A program made the translations under genes and the position numbers. From NCBI GenBank assembly GCA_018817715.1, contig JAHITT010000004.1:125784-189783 (forward strand): a stretch of 64,000 nt of DNA, given 5' to 3'. Source of the DNA: Patescibacteria group bacterium (GTDB taxonomy: Bacteria; Patescibacteriota; Patescibacteriia; Veblenbacterales; UBA10138). A model generated the notes under the pieces. The model did no database searches and was not told where the DNA came from. It worked only from the letters and a program-made list of their open reading frames with translations. Positions 17,645 to 26,860 of this stretch are shown one piece after another (the first letter of the stretch is position 1; the number at the start of each line of letters is the position of its first letter).

Positions 17645-17860
17645 TTACTTATCTTTTAACATCTCTTTGTTTTTAAGCTTAATTATTATGGAGTTAAAGA
17701 TTAAGTTTAATTCCTTAGCTTCTTGCCATAATTTGCGAGCTGACCTTATTAATTGACTTATAATCGGCTTAATAACGGTATTATTAGGTAAAGTTTTAAC
17801 AAACTTTATCACAGCTATACCAAAGGCAGCTGTCCTGTTTTCTAAATCATACCTTGGCAT
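17645..17860 (-). CDS. Fragment of a four-helix-bundle protein, possibly truncated or a pseudogene.
   Basis: 71 aa. The N-terminus YDLENRTAAFGIAVIKFVKTLP resembles the four-helix-bundle (23S rRNA-IVS-type) family, but the ORF is only about half the usual length. Confidence 0.3.
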   Translation of the reverse strand: MPRYDLENRTAAFGIAVIKFVKTLPNNTVIKPIISQLIRSARKLWQEAKELNLIFNSIIIKLKNKEMLKDK

Positions 17861-17964
17861 TTTGGGTATTATTTAAGATTTAGAAATTAGGATTTGAGAT
17901 TTTATTAAATTGTTAAACCCCTCCATAGGTTTATTTGTTAATATTTAACCTATTTAAAATAACA

Positions 17965-19200
17965 CTAATTGTTCAACTTAATACTTCTTAACTGTCTAGT
18001 AGCTGAATCCGTAAAATAAAGCCACTGACCATCTTTAGAAACAGTTACCTCACCGACACTCATTCCCTCACCCCGCTCGTTTACCGGACTAGCTAAAAGA
18101 ATGGCCGAACCTGTGCCCAAATCTACTCGCCAAATATTATCTGGCTGACCTGTGGCTAATTCTGGTACCAAACCGGCTCCCTGGGGCATTTCTTGTGGAG
18201 CTGTGCAATAAGCTGCTGAACCAGTCAAGGTACACCTATCGGCCCAAGTAGCAATATTTAACTGACGTTTATTGGTTCCCACATTATCCGTACTAGCGTT
18301 TACTAACCATAAAGCTGGTTTAAAATCCGTTTTATCACTATAAACAGAATATAATAATTTTTGACCATCGGGTGACCACTTAGAATTAAAACCTCGACCA
18401 TCTACATATAAACCCTTAAAATTTTCCTGATTAAAACCAATTAATAATACTTGCTGAGAAAAGGCTGTATTATCGGTACCGGTTCTCGATAAAGCCACCA
18501 CCTGATTATTGGGCGACCAAGCAACTTCTACCTTGCTGGCGTTTTCACCCATAGGTTCTATGCCAGTTAACCCGGATCCATCGCTGTTTATTTTTACCAC
18601 CCAACGATCATTAACGCTATCAGCCAAATATTTACCGGCGATTTGGCCACTATCTGGCGAAAAAGAAAATTCAGCCATTTCTTTAGGCAAGGTATATTGT
18701 TTTTTTGATTTAAAATCATACACAATATTAGCACCATCGGGAAATTCTAAAACAGCCTTATCGCTATCTTTAGACCAAGTAACATTTTGCACGCTACAAT
18801 AATCTGTTTGATTAATCACCCTTTTAACACCACTGGCATCTATTTCATAAAATTTACAATCCTGCGGATTATAATACCTAAGGCGCCCAGAAGCTGTGTC
18901 TGGTTTAACCACTGGATCAGTCGTAACCAAAGGTAAAGCTTCGGCACCCCCTTGATCCAAACCTGTTCCTGGCCCACCTGGAGTTACTGTATCGGCTCCA
19001 GGCAAAGTACCGGTACCAGGCTCGGTTGTTGTACCGCTACCCGGTCCAGTTATGGGAAAATTAGTTTGACCGCCTGGCGTAATAACCGATGGTTGAACTT
19101 TGGGCCGCCATAATAAATACAAAAACCAAACTATTAAACCAATAGCCACAACTATTAATACACCAATCCAAAATTTTTTACTTTTTAAAAATTGCCACAT
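17965..19200 (-). CDS. Membrane-anchored beta-propeller protein, TolB/PD40-like, with a Gly/Thr/Pro-rich linker.
   Basis: 411 aa. It has an N-terminal TM (FWIGVLIVVAIGLIVWFLYLLW) and a low-complexity PGGQTNFPITGPGSGTTTEPGTG linker. Repeated blade-like segments (WSPDG.., SPDSGQ.., WSPNN..) follow. Confidence 0.5.
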   Translation of the reverse strand: MWQFLKSKKFWIGVLIVVAIGLIVWFLYLLWRPKVQPSVITPGGQTNFPITGPGSGTTTEPGTGTLPGADTVTPGGPGTGLDQGGAEALPLVTTDPVVKPDTASGRLRYYNPQDCKFYEIDASGVKRVINQTDYCSVQNVTWSKDSDKAVLEFPDGANIVYDFKSKKQYTLPKEMAEFSFSPDSGQIAGKYLADSVNDRWVVKINSDGSGLTGIEPMGENASKVEVAWSPNNQVVALSRTGTDNTAFSQQVLLIGFNQENFKGLYVDGRGFNSKWSPDGQKLLYSVYSDKTDFKPALWLVNASTDNVGTNKRQLNIATWADRCTLTGSAAYCTAPQEMPQGAGLVPELATGQPDNIWRVDLGTGSAILLASPVNERGEGMSVGEVTVSKDGQWLYFTDSATRQLRSIKLNN

Positions 19201-19206
19201 AATATT

Positions 19207-20727
19207 TTATCTATCAGGAAATTCTGTGTCTGTAATATTTAAATCGCAAGCGATTGGTTGCATTTTACCATTACTATCAAACGGCTGGAATAATTTATCA
19301 GCACTAACCTTCGTATAATCAATATCATCCGCTAATAAATCTAAAGCACAAATCGGATAGCCACTATGCCAACGCGTTACACCTATCCCGTTATTGTCCA
19401 AAATTTTCTTACTTATAGTACCACAAGTTGAAGCATCTATAGCATACCAATCATCACAACCGTCCGATTCCCTTTCCACCAACAAAGCCAAACCCTTAAC
19501 CCCGCCCGCTGCTGCACAATGATTGGTATTCTTTAAAGTCAAACCACTCCAACAACCCGTCAAAGTATAATAACCATTATTTTCCACATCCATAGTATCA
19601 CTAATAGTACCATTCGGTTTCATCATGCCACAATCAAAACCTACTTTATCACCGTTATTGCAGATTAATAAAGCATCTAACCTGTTTACTTCTATACCCA
19701 CTAACTTACCCTTTAACATATAGCTACTGCAAGCATAAGGAAAACCCTCCCGAGAAGAATTTTTAAAACAACCCTGACCTGTTTCCTGACATTCCAAACC
19801 AGTACATTCACCAGTACTCAAAACCAATTTTTTACCACAACTGCTACTAGGGGAATTTTTGCCTTGCCGTTCCACACAGGTACCATTTTTTGTTTCACCA
19901 GCCGCTGGCTTACAATCTTCATCTTTAAAACAAGGTAGTCTATCAAATGAACCACCGACACATTCATAATAAGTGTACCCGGCATTATACAAAGATTTGG
20001 CTTCTTGGTATGCAGGGCAAAAACCAAATATTTCCGGCTTAACCATTTCTATGCCCGGCAAGGTATTTTTAACCAAAGCCGGGTTAACCAGTTGCAGTAA
20101 AGAATAAGACATTAAAGCGATTACTAAACCGACAATAGCACTAATAATAGTAGAATTGGCATTCTTTATGGTTTCAGCACTACCGGCCGCGGCAATACGT
20201 TTAAAACCGCCCCACATTATCATAACCACAGCAGCTACAGCCAAAAAACCAATAAAAAATTTATAAAAGGCTGCCAAATAACCAGGAAAACCACCAGTAA
20301 TCCCTGGTCGGCAAAAACCCAAACCTTTTTGCTGACAATCTTGATCAGTAGAACAAGAAGTTGGCTCCTCGCCTAAAGTATAACTGGAACAAAATTTTTC
20401 ACTAACTCCCGGTATACCTACTTGTAAGGGTATAGAGGGGCTGGGGGCAAAACAACGAGCCGTGGCCTGACCGCCAACTTCATCACAATTTTGACAACTG
20501 ATATTAGTCGGATTAGCGGCACAACCACCCGGCAAAACAGAAGGATCTTTTTCCCATAAGCCTTTGCCCTCTTTACAATTATCTTCAAACCAACAACGTT
20601 GCTGAACAAAATCTCCAGCCGCCGCTTTGGCGCTATAACTAAAAATAAAAAATAAAACCAAACTAAAAAAGAAAAATAATAATACTTTTGATGGCTTTAT
20701 TAAAAAAAATCTTTGTAAAATAATCAT
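19207..20727 (-). CDS. Secreted Cys-rich protein with the same VirB2/TrbC-pilin-like two-helix hairpin as 15463..16953. It is a paralogue without the peptidase domain.
   Basis: It has a signal peptide (start chosen at the MIILQRFF ATG) and more than 40 Cys. The hairpin FYKFFIGFLAVAAVVMIMWGGFKRIAAAGSAETIKNANSTIISAIVGLVIALMSYSLLQLV is almost identical to the module in the 15463..16953 protein. Confidence 0.5.
   Translation of the reverse strand: MIILQRFFLIKPSKVLLFFFFSLVLFFIFSYSAKAAAGDFVQQRCWFEDNCKEGKGLWEKDPSVLPGGCAANPTNISCQNCDEVGGQATARCFAPSPSIPLQVGIPGVSEKFCSSYTLGEEPTSCSTDQDCQQKGLGFCRPGITGGFPGYLAAFYKFFIGFLAVAAVVMIMWGGFKRIAAAGSAETIKNANSTIISAIVGLVIALMSYSLLQLVNPALVKNTLPGIEMVKPEIFGFCPAYQEAKSLYNAGYTYYECVGGSFDRLPCFKDEDCKPAAGETKNGTCVERQGKNSPSSSCGKKLVLSTGECTGLECQETGQGCFKNSSREGFPYACSSYMLKGKLVGIEVNRLDALLICNNGDKVGFDCGMMKPNGTISDTMDVENNGYYTLTGCWSGLTLKNTNHCAAAGGVKGLALLVERESDGCDDWYAIDASTCGTISKKILDNNGIGVTRWHSGYPICALDLLADDIDYTKVSADKLFQPFDSNGKMQPIACDLNITDTEFPDR
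20092..20268. repeat. Second copy of the ~177-bp near-identical segment (see 16096..16272).
   Basis: About 90% nucleotide identity to 16096..16272 over the hairpin-coding region. Confidence 0.7.
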
Positions 20728-20737
20728 AAAATAAAAA

Positions 20738-21115
20738 CTACTTAGCAATTGCCTCAATTGCCGCCTCCATACCAACAAAAGGAGTTGATACTGCCTTTAA
20801 ACCAAAAGTGGACACGCACTGAAAAGTATTATCTAAACACCAAGCCGACACAATAATAACAATTAAAACCCCTAAAATCACCCAAGTTATAGGATTGCCT
20901 AATATAGAAGCCACGACACTAATTAACCAAATCATTATTCTCTTCTTAATCTTTGCCTTAATTTTCTGAACTGCTTGTGTCTTAGCTTCACCTAAAGCAG
21001 CTTGCTGGCCCAAATTTTGTGCCTGTTTTAACACTTGTTGACGCCTAGCCATTTCCAGTTGTTCCTGGTATTGTTGTTGCATTTCTTGCTCTTTTTGTTC
21101 TGGTTGGTCGGGCAT
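20738..21115 (-). CDS. Small membrane protein with an N-terminal Q/E-rich coiled coil and two C-terminal TM helices.
   Basis: 125 aa containing MIWLISVVASILGNPITWVILGVLIVIIVSAW. It lies in the cluster between the VirB4-like gene and the pilin-like gene. Confidence 0.4.
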   Translation of the reverse strand: MPDQPEQKEQEMQQQYQEQLEMARRQQVLKQAQNLGQQAALGEAKTQAVQKIKAKIKKRIMIWLISVVASILGNPITWVILGVLIVIIVSAWCLDNTFQCVSTFGLKAVSTPFVGMEAAIEAIAK

Positions 21116-21271
21116 AATTTATAAAAACCCTAATTACTAATTTCTAAATCCTAATAAAATTCAAAACCACAACTTAAATTTAATATTCTTTTATGTCATC
21201 CTGAAATTACCTGATTCTTCGTTTCGCTCCGAATGACACAATTTTTAGTTTTAATTTGTGCTTTTTATTTT

Positions 21272-21853
21272 TTACTGCCACTCGGCGCCATTTACTAACC
21301 AATCATTATTAATTAAAATCATTTTTAGTTCAATAGCTTGATATTTTATAGTTGCTTCACCATCGCGTGCTTTACTTTCCTGACGCTGAGTACTAACCAA
21401 AACTGTAGCTTGATTTGTTTGGCTAGCTAATACTTCCACTGCCAAAGCCCTAGTAGCCACACTATAAAAAACATCGGTTAACTCCTGGTTAAGCAAAGAA
21501 TTCAAATAACTTTGATAAGCTGGGGTAGTTAAATCAGCCACACTAATTAAATTGGCAAAAGGGTTGTCAGTTGAATAAGAACCAAATTTCTCAACAAATA
21601 AACGTGCCTTGGCTTGTCTGGCATACTGCTGACTATCCGCTGAACTCGTTGCCTCTAAATTATCTAAAGGTAGTTCAATTGTAGAATTATTATTAGTAAT
21701 GGCCGAAAGACTATCGTCTAACTCGGTAATTTCCTGGTTACCAGGCATTTTAGGGGACTCTTGACCCTTAAATTGCCACAAAATAGCAACCACTATTAAT
21801 AAAACAACAATTGAACTTATGATGATGATTAGGTGACGGCGAGAGAGGTACAT
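21272..21853 (-). CDS. Bitopic membrane protein with the topology of a VirB8-like protein (inference).
   Basis: 193 aa. A short cytoplasmic N-terminus and one TM (LIIIISSIVVLLIVVAILW) are followed by a ~150-aa extracytoplasmic domain. It lies immediately downstream of VirB4. Confidence 0.35.
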   Translation of the reverse strand: MYLSRRHLIIIISSIVVLLIVVAILWQFKGQESPKMPGNQEITELDDSLSAITNNNSTIELPLDNLEATSSADSQQYARQAKARLFVEKFGSYSTDNPFANLISVADLTTPAYQSYLNSLLNQELTDVFYSVATRALAVEVLASQTNQATVLVSTQRQESKARDGEATIKYQAIELKMILINNDWLVNGAEWQ

Positions 21854-21928
21854 AAAACTGAAGGCTAAATAGTAAGGGTGCTAATTAAAAATCCTAAATT
21901 ATAAATATCAAATCTTCAAACTAATTAT

Positions 21929-23803
21929 CTATCCTATTTCCGGTTCTTGCAGGCTTTGTTCAAAATCTTTTTTAGCCTGCTCTATTTCCAACAATTGCCT
22001 AGGATCGGAAGTTATTAATTGATCTTCGGTATAAGAAGCCACTATTTTAATAGCGGCATGCTTAGCGCCAGCAAAAAATATTCCTTCACCCACACCACAC
22101 TCCAAAAGCAAATATTTTTCCCCTTCCGTCAATAAGAAAACAGAAGCGATTTTATCTATGGCCGCCGATGATTGTTTAAGCAGTAACTGTAAAGAAGAGT
22201 TAGTTACTATGGCCTGACCATAAGGTGAATTTAAAAAGTCATTAACATCTTGGGTAATAGTTGTAACACCCAAATAATACTTACGGCAACGTTTAACTAA
22301 AGCAAAAATAAACTTGGCGCTATCTTCGTTCTGCATTAACCACCAAGCTTCATCAATTACCAAAACTCGCTTTTTCATTTCCGAACGAACCACGTTCCAA
22401 ATATAATTAACTATGGTATAAATAGCGATCGGTCTTAACTCATCTTCCAAATCTCGGACCGAAAAAACCACCAATTGGTTCTTCATATCCACAGTGGTCG
22501 GACTATTAAATAATCCAGAAAAAGTGCCTTCGGTATATTTTTTAATTCTTAATACTAAACTTTCTCCACCTTCCATACCGGCCAAAACTTCCTGAAAATC
22601 CGACATAACTGGCGGTTCTACCTGAGATAAATCAGAAGAAATGGTAATATCTTTTTTAGCGTAAGTTTCCAGCAATGCTCGGTCTATCAAAGAATCTTCT
22701 TGATGAGTTAAATTACCCAACATTAAACGCATTAAACCTTTTAAGGTTATAACAGCCGAACGAATAATATCACCAGCCTTAACATCACCCACCGGCCGAG
22801 GTAAATCAAAAGGATTAATCTTGGCTTCAGAATTAAGAGAAATATTAACATAACTACCACCTACGGCCGCTGATAAATGTTTGTATTCCATTTCTGGGTC
22901 AATAATAATAACATCCGTGCCCATCATTAAAGAACGCAAAACTTCTAATTTAACAGCATAACTTTTACCCGCACCTGAAGTGGCAAAAACTACTGAGTTA
23001 GCGTTTTGCAAACTAAAACGATCAAATAGAATCAAAGAATTATTATGCCGATTGATGCCATATAATATACCATCGTCGCTAGTTAATTCGGCCGACATAA
23101 AAGGAAAGGATGAAGCGACCGGCGAAGAATTCATATTAAAATAAACCTGCAATTCATCCATACCCAAAGGCAAGGTTGAATTAAAACCCTGCTCCGCTTG
23201 CCACAAAGCCCGCCGAGAATAAACCAACTTAGAACCAAACAAACCTTCCACTTGTTGAGTTATTTTGTCTAACTCTTTTAGGGTAGACGCATACAAAGTT
23301 ACATATAAAGCATATTGAAAAAACCTTTCTGATCCTTGAGTCAAATTATCCCTTAATTGTTCAATATCCTGTAAAGCTGTCTCCCGAACCGGATCCCTAG
23401 GCGCTCCTTTTTCCCGATCAGCCATCATTTGCGCTTCTAGGGCACCAACTTTATTCCTAAGTTGTTTTAAAATTACTTCGGACGGTATCATATAAAAATA
23501 CATACCCACATCCAAAGTAACATTAAGATTAACTACCGGCACAAACCAACCTAAAGAAATATACCGAGGATAAGCCATTACAAAAATGGTACGTAAAAAC
23601 TGTCCGTTTAACTCTATGTGATTAGGCGTTACCTTAAAAGCTGCCGGAGCAATAAGTTCTTTTATTTTAACCGAACCCTCGCGCAATACTTTTTCCGCTT
23701 CAATCAATTCCTTTTCTGAAGATACGGTCATAGACGAACCAGCTTGTTCCAACTGCTCTTGGTCTTGTAATTCTTTTTTTGCTTGGTGTATAGAAATAGC
23801 CAT
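21929..23803 (-). CDS. Type IV secretion/conjugation ATPase of the VirB4/TrbE/CagE family.
   Basis: 624 aa with the Walker A motif FATSGAGKSYAV, which is immediately followed by the VirB4-typical IIDPEMEY (DPxGEY-like). The Walker B motif is VLVIDEAWWLM. Confidence 0.8.
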   Translation of the reverse strand: MAISIHQAKKELQDQEQLEQAGSSMTVSSEKELIEAEKVLREGSVKIKELIAPAAFKVTPNHIELNGQFLRTIFVMAYPRYISLGWFVPVVNLNVTLDVGMYFYMIPSEVILKQLRNKVGALEAQMMADREKGAPRDPVRETALQDIEQLRDNLTQGSERFFQYALYVTLYASTLKELDKITQQVEGLFGSKLVYSRRALWQAEQGFNSTLPLGMDELQVYFNMNSSPVASSFPFMSAELTSDDGILYGINRHNNSLILFDRFSLQNANSVVFATSGAGKSYAVKLEVLRSLMMGTDVIIIDPEMEYKHLSAAVGGSYVNISLNSEAKINPFDLPRPVGDVKAGDIIRSAVITLKGLMRLMLGNLTHQEDSLIDRALLETYAKKDITISSDLSQVEPPVMSDFQEVLAGMEGGESLVLRIKKYTEGTFSGLFNSPTTVDMKNQLVVFSVRDLEDELRPIAIYTIVNYIWNVVRSEMKKRVLVIDEAWWLMQNEDSAKFIFALVKRCRKYYLGVTTITQDVNDFLNSPYGQAIVTNSSLQLLLKQSSAAIDKIASVFLLTEGEKYLLLECGVGEGIFFAGAKHAAIKIVASYTEDQLITSDPRQLLEIEQAKKDFEQSLQEPEIG

Positions 23804-23841
23804 AAAATAATAAATTCAGAGTCAAAAATTATGAATAAACT

Positions 23842-24531
23842 CTATTCTGCTTCCACTTCCAATTTATCCATATTAACCAATTTTTGCTGTTGAGATAATT
23901 CTGGATTATAACTAGTATAATAAAGTTCTACTAAGCCTTGAGTGTCCAAACGAACGCTCTTAAGTCCCAAAGAAGACAAACCACCCGACACCGAATAAAC
24001 TCTTTGCTCTAAAGATTCTAAATAATGAACAAAACGCTCCCGAGAAAGTTGGATGGATTTAGCCGCCGAAAATATTGCTACCAATCTTTGCCAAAAACCA
24101 CGACTTTTATCAGCTCCTGGATTATAAGGTACCACCACATAAAAACGCTTAGTCATAATATCCCCCAAACCAATCAACTCTTTAATATAACCAATATAAT
24201 CTGTCATTTGAACACGCAATAATTCATTAGTTTGTTGTTTTAGTAGGCCACCTAATTTGTCCAAATAACCATCAATATTTAATCGGCGAGATTGGATAAC
24301 AATTTGTAAAGGAAATTCTAAAGAATTTAAAAATTGAACATAACCTTGAATAATGGCCTCTTGCTCTTGTTCACTTTTTAAAACAAAGTTAACTGAAGAG
24401 CAAAGCAAAACCGCCCTTAAAGTACCATCTTTAAGAACAACGGCATCTTCTCTGATTTCTTGAATAGCTAAATGAGAAACCGTGGAAGCCAGTTGGGATT
24501 TTTTACCTGATAATTCTTTTTTAGTAGCCAT
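23842..24531 (-). CDS. Hypothetical soluble protein in the T4SS-like cluster.
   Basis: A 229-aa ORF tightly packed between the VirB3-like and VirB4-like genes. No motif was recognised. Confidence 0.4.
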   Translation of the reverse strand: MATKKELSGKKSQLASTVSHLAIQEIREDAVVLKDGTLRAVLLCSSVNFVLKSEQEQEAIIQGYVQFLNSLEFPLQIVIQSRRLNIDGYLDKLGGLLKQQTNELLRVQMTDYIGYIKELIGLGDIMTKRFYVVVPYNPGADKSRGFWQRLVAIFSAAKSIQLSRERFVHYLESLEQRVYSVSGGLSSLGLKSVRLDTQGLVELYYTSYNPELSQQQKLVNMDKLEVEAE

Positions 24532-24537
24532 AAATAA

Positions 24538-24981
24538 TTATTGATTAATATCTTCTTCCGGATTATAAGCCCCGCCGGTATCTACCATTAAAACTAATTC
24601 CTGTAAGCGCGACTTATTAAAAGGTTGTTTGCTGGAAAGGCTAACTTTAGCCGGCATAACCACTGGCCGACGAACAGCCTTTTTTAAATCTTCCTCATTT
24701 ATTTCTTTCCGCCATATTCTCTCTTTGGGTTGTTTAATACCTTGGAATAAATTCAATAAAAAATAATGAACGGGCATACCATTAACTTTAACAAAAGAGA
24801 AAATAATAGATAAACCAGCTGTTATAATTCCCAACAATAAAAATAAAGCAAAATCAAATAGCTTAAATTCAGCAAACACCAAAAAACCACCAATCATTAA
24901 TATAATAAATTGTCGACTGGTTATCGGACCAAAAATTTTGTCCTCAATGTCTATAAATTGTGGTACCACAAACTGTTTCAT
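24538..24981 (-). CDS. PrgI/VirB3-like small membrane protein with 2 TM helices.
   Basis: 147 aa containing FIILMIGGFLVFAEFKLFDFALFLLLGIITAGLSIIFSFV. Its size, topology and position just upstream of VirB4 match VirB3/PrgI. Confidence 0.4.
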   Translation of the reverse strand: MKQFVVPQFIDIEDKIFGPITSRQFIILMIGGFLVFAEFKLFDFALFLLLGIITAGLSIIFSFVKVNGMPVHYFLLNLFQGIKQPKERIWRKEINEEDLKKAVRRPVVMPAKVSLSSKQPFNKSRLQELVLMVDTGGAYNPEEDINQ

Positions 24982-24986
24982 AAATT

Positions 24987-26846
24987 CTAGAACCTTAATT
25001 TTTCATTAAAATCCACTACCGCCTGGAACTCTTCTTCTGTTAAATAAATTTGGCCAACCAGCGATTGCTCGGAAATAATTTGACTGATTGATTTACCATG
25101 CTCAATACTTAGACGGCCTAAATCTAAATAATTACGATAAACCTCGGAGGCCTGCCAAGAACGAATAGCTTCAATTTTTTTAGCTATGGAAGTTTCACCA
25201 ATTAATTCTATTTTAGTTTGTATCTTACGCAAAGCCTCTGTAGGCTTAACAGACAAACGCCGAAAATCCACTAAGGTCAAGGTCTTTAATTCTTCTAAAG
25301 GACCTAAAAGTCTAGACGGCGCTTTAACATCAGTAAGTTGCGGTTTAGGTTTAGTTAAAATAACTGGCTGATCGGATTTAATAGAAGAATTTTTATTACT
25401 AACCGGACTAGCCGAACCAACAGAAACGGCAGCCGACCTGGCTAATTCTTGTAAAACTTTTTGCCGATCTAACTTAACATCTTCTTTTTTAACAAATTCT
25501 ATTTTTGGTTTTACTGTAATTTCCGGCCTAACTATAGAAGCCTGAGGCGACTCCACCTTTTTAACCACAGGTAAAGCTACTGGCTTGGCTGGTAAAACTA
25601 CTGGCAATTCAGCGGCGATTAATTTATCTATCTCTTGTTTGCCAGTTGAAATTTTAGCCGGCTTATTATTTATCTTTAACGATTGACGATCAACAATTGG
25701 CGATTCAAAATCCTTTTTAGCTTTTTCGATTATACCGGCTACTTTATCGGCTACTGGTTCACTTAGACCTAACCCACCAACAGTTACCAACTTCATTAAT
25801 GATTCCTTAACCTCTACTTGATTACGCACCTCTTTAAGCCTAGAAACAAACAATAATTCAAAGCGCCGAGCATTTACTTCATCTTTAAAACTCAAATTAT
25901 TCTTAACTATTACTTCCTTAGCAAAATCCCTTAGCCTCTCTTCTAGGGGTACTTTTGGGGTCTGCTTTGTTTCGTTAGTTTGATCTCGGTATTTATCAGC
26001 TTCTTTTTCATCAGCCTCGTCAAACAAAAAAGCAGGAGCTGATGATTTTAAAACTTGAGGAGTATTAGATGTTTCTATTTTTACTTCTTTCAACTCTTTC
26101 TTAGGTAATATTTTACTTATTATAGGACCAGCATCAGCTTCTTGTATTTCTCTAACTTGACCTTTGTCTAAAATTATTTTTTTATCATTTTCTATAAAAC
26201 TACCTTTTTCTTCTAAACCTTCTGGGGTCAAAGAAGAATGCCCTAAATAATCAAACAAGACTAATAACTTTCTTACCTCCTCTTTAACAGCTGGGTCTAA
26301 TTTCTTTAAAGATTCTCTTTGGGACATATATTGCTCCCTCTTAAGAGAATCCGATATCTCCACACCAACCACTGAAATATAATCTTTAAGCCAATCACCA
26401 ACTGTACGCAAAGAACCGCTTGCTCCGTGACTTTCCACAAAAATAGCTCTACTATTAACTAAAACCTCTTTTAAATTTTTCTTTAAAATATCTCTATCTT
26501 CGTGTATTAAAATTCTTAAAAGCTTGGCTTCTAATTTAGCCAATAAATCAATTTCATTACTTCCTAATACTACTGATAAACCCTGACGAAAAAATTCTAG
26601 TACCTCATCATTATTCAAAAAAGGTAAACACTCTCCATGCAATAACCAAATAATTTTATTATAATTATTTTTGGTTAATTGATCTAACGACTTATCTTGT
26701 TCCACAGCTGATTTTATTTTTTTTAAAAATTCATAAGAGGTTCCAATATCGTCTTGGACAATCAACCAGTTAGCATAATCAGACAATCTTTCAAAAAATT
26801 GTTGGTCTCTTAAGGGAATATTCTTTATAATATTTTGTGTAACCAT
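24987..26846 (-). CDS. Hypothetical charged or coiled cytoplasmic protein in the cluster.
   Basis: A 619-aa, K/E-rich ORF with no nucleotide-binding motif seen. It is operonic with its neighbours, with gaps of 5-14 nt. Confidence 0.4.
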   Translation of the reverse strand: MVTQNIIKNIPLRDQQFFERLSDYANWLIVQDDIGTSYEFLKKIKSAVEQDKSLDQLTKNNYNKIIWLLHGECLPFLNNDEVLEFFRQGLSVVLGSNEIDLLAKLEAKLLRILIHEDRDILKKNLKEVLVNSRAIFVESHGASGSLRTVGDWLKDYISVVGVEISDSLKREQYMSQRESLKKLDPAVKEEVRKLLVLFDYLGHSSLTPEGLEEKGSFIENDKKIILDKGQVREIQEADAGPIISKILPKKELKEVKIETSNTPQVLKSSAPAFLFDEADEKEADKYRDQTNETKQTPKVPLEERLRDFAKEVIVKNNLSFKDEVNARRFELLFVSRLKEVRNQVEVKESLMKLVTVGGLGLSEPVADKVAGIIEKAKKDFESPIVDRQSLKINNKPAKISTGKQEIDKLIAAELPVVLPAKPVALPVVKKVESPQASIVRPEITVKPKIEFVKKEDVKLDRQKVLQELARSAAVSVGSASPVSNKNSSIKSDQPVILTKPKPQLTDVKAPSRLLGPLEELKTLTLVDFRRLSVKPTEALRKIQTKIELIGETSIAKKIEAIRSWQASEVYRNYLDLGRLSIEHGKSISQIISEQSLVGQIYLTEEEFQAVVDFNEKLRF

Positions 26847-26860
26847 AGTCTAGTACAGTA

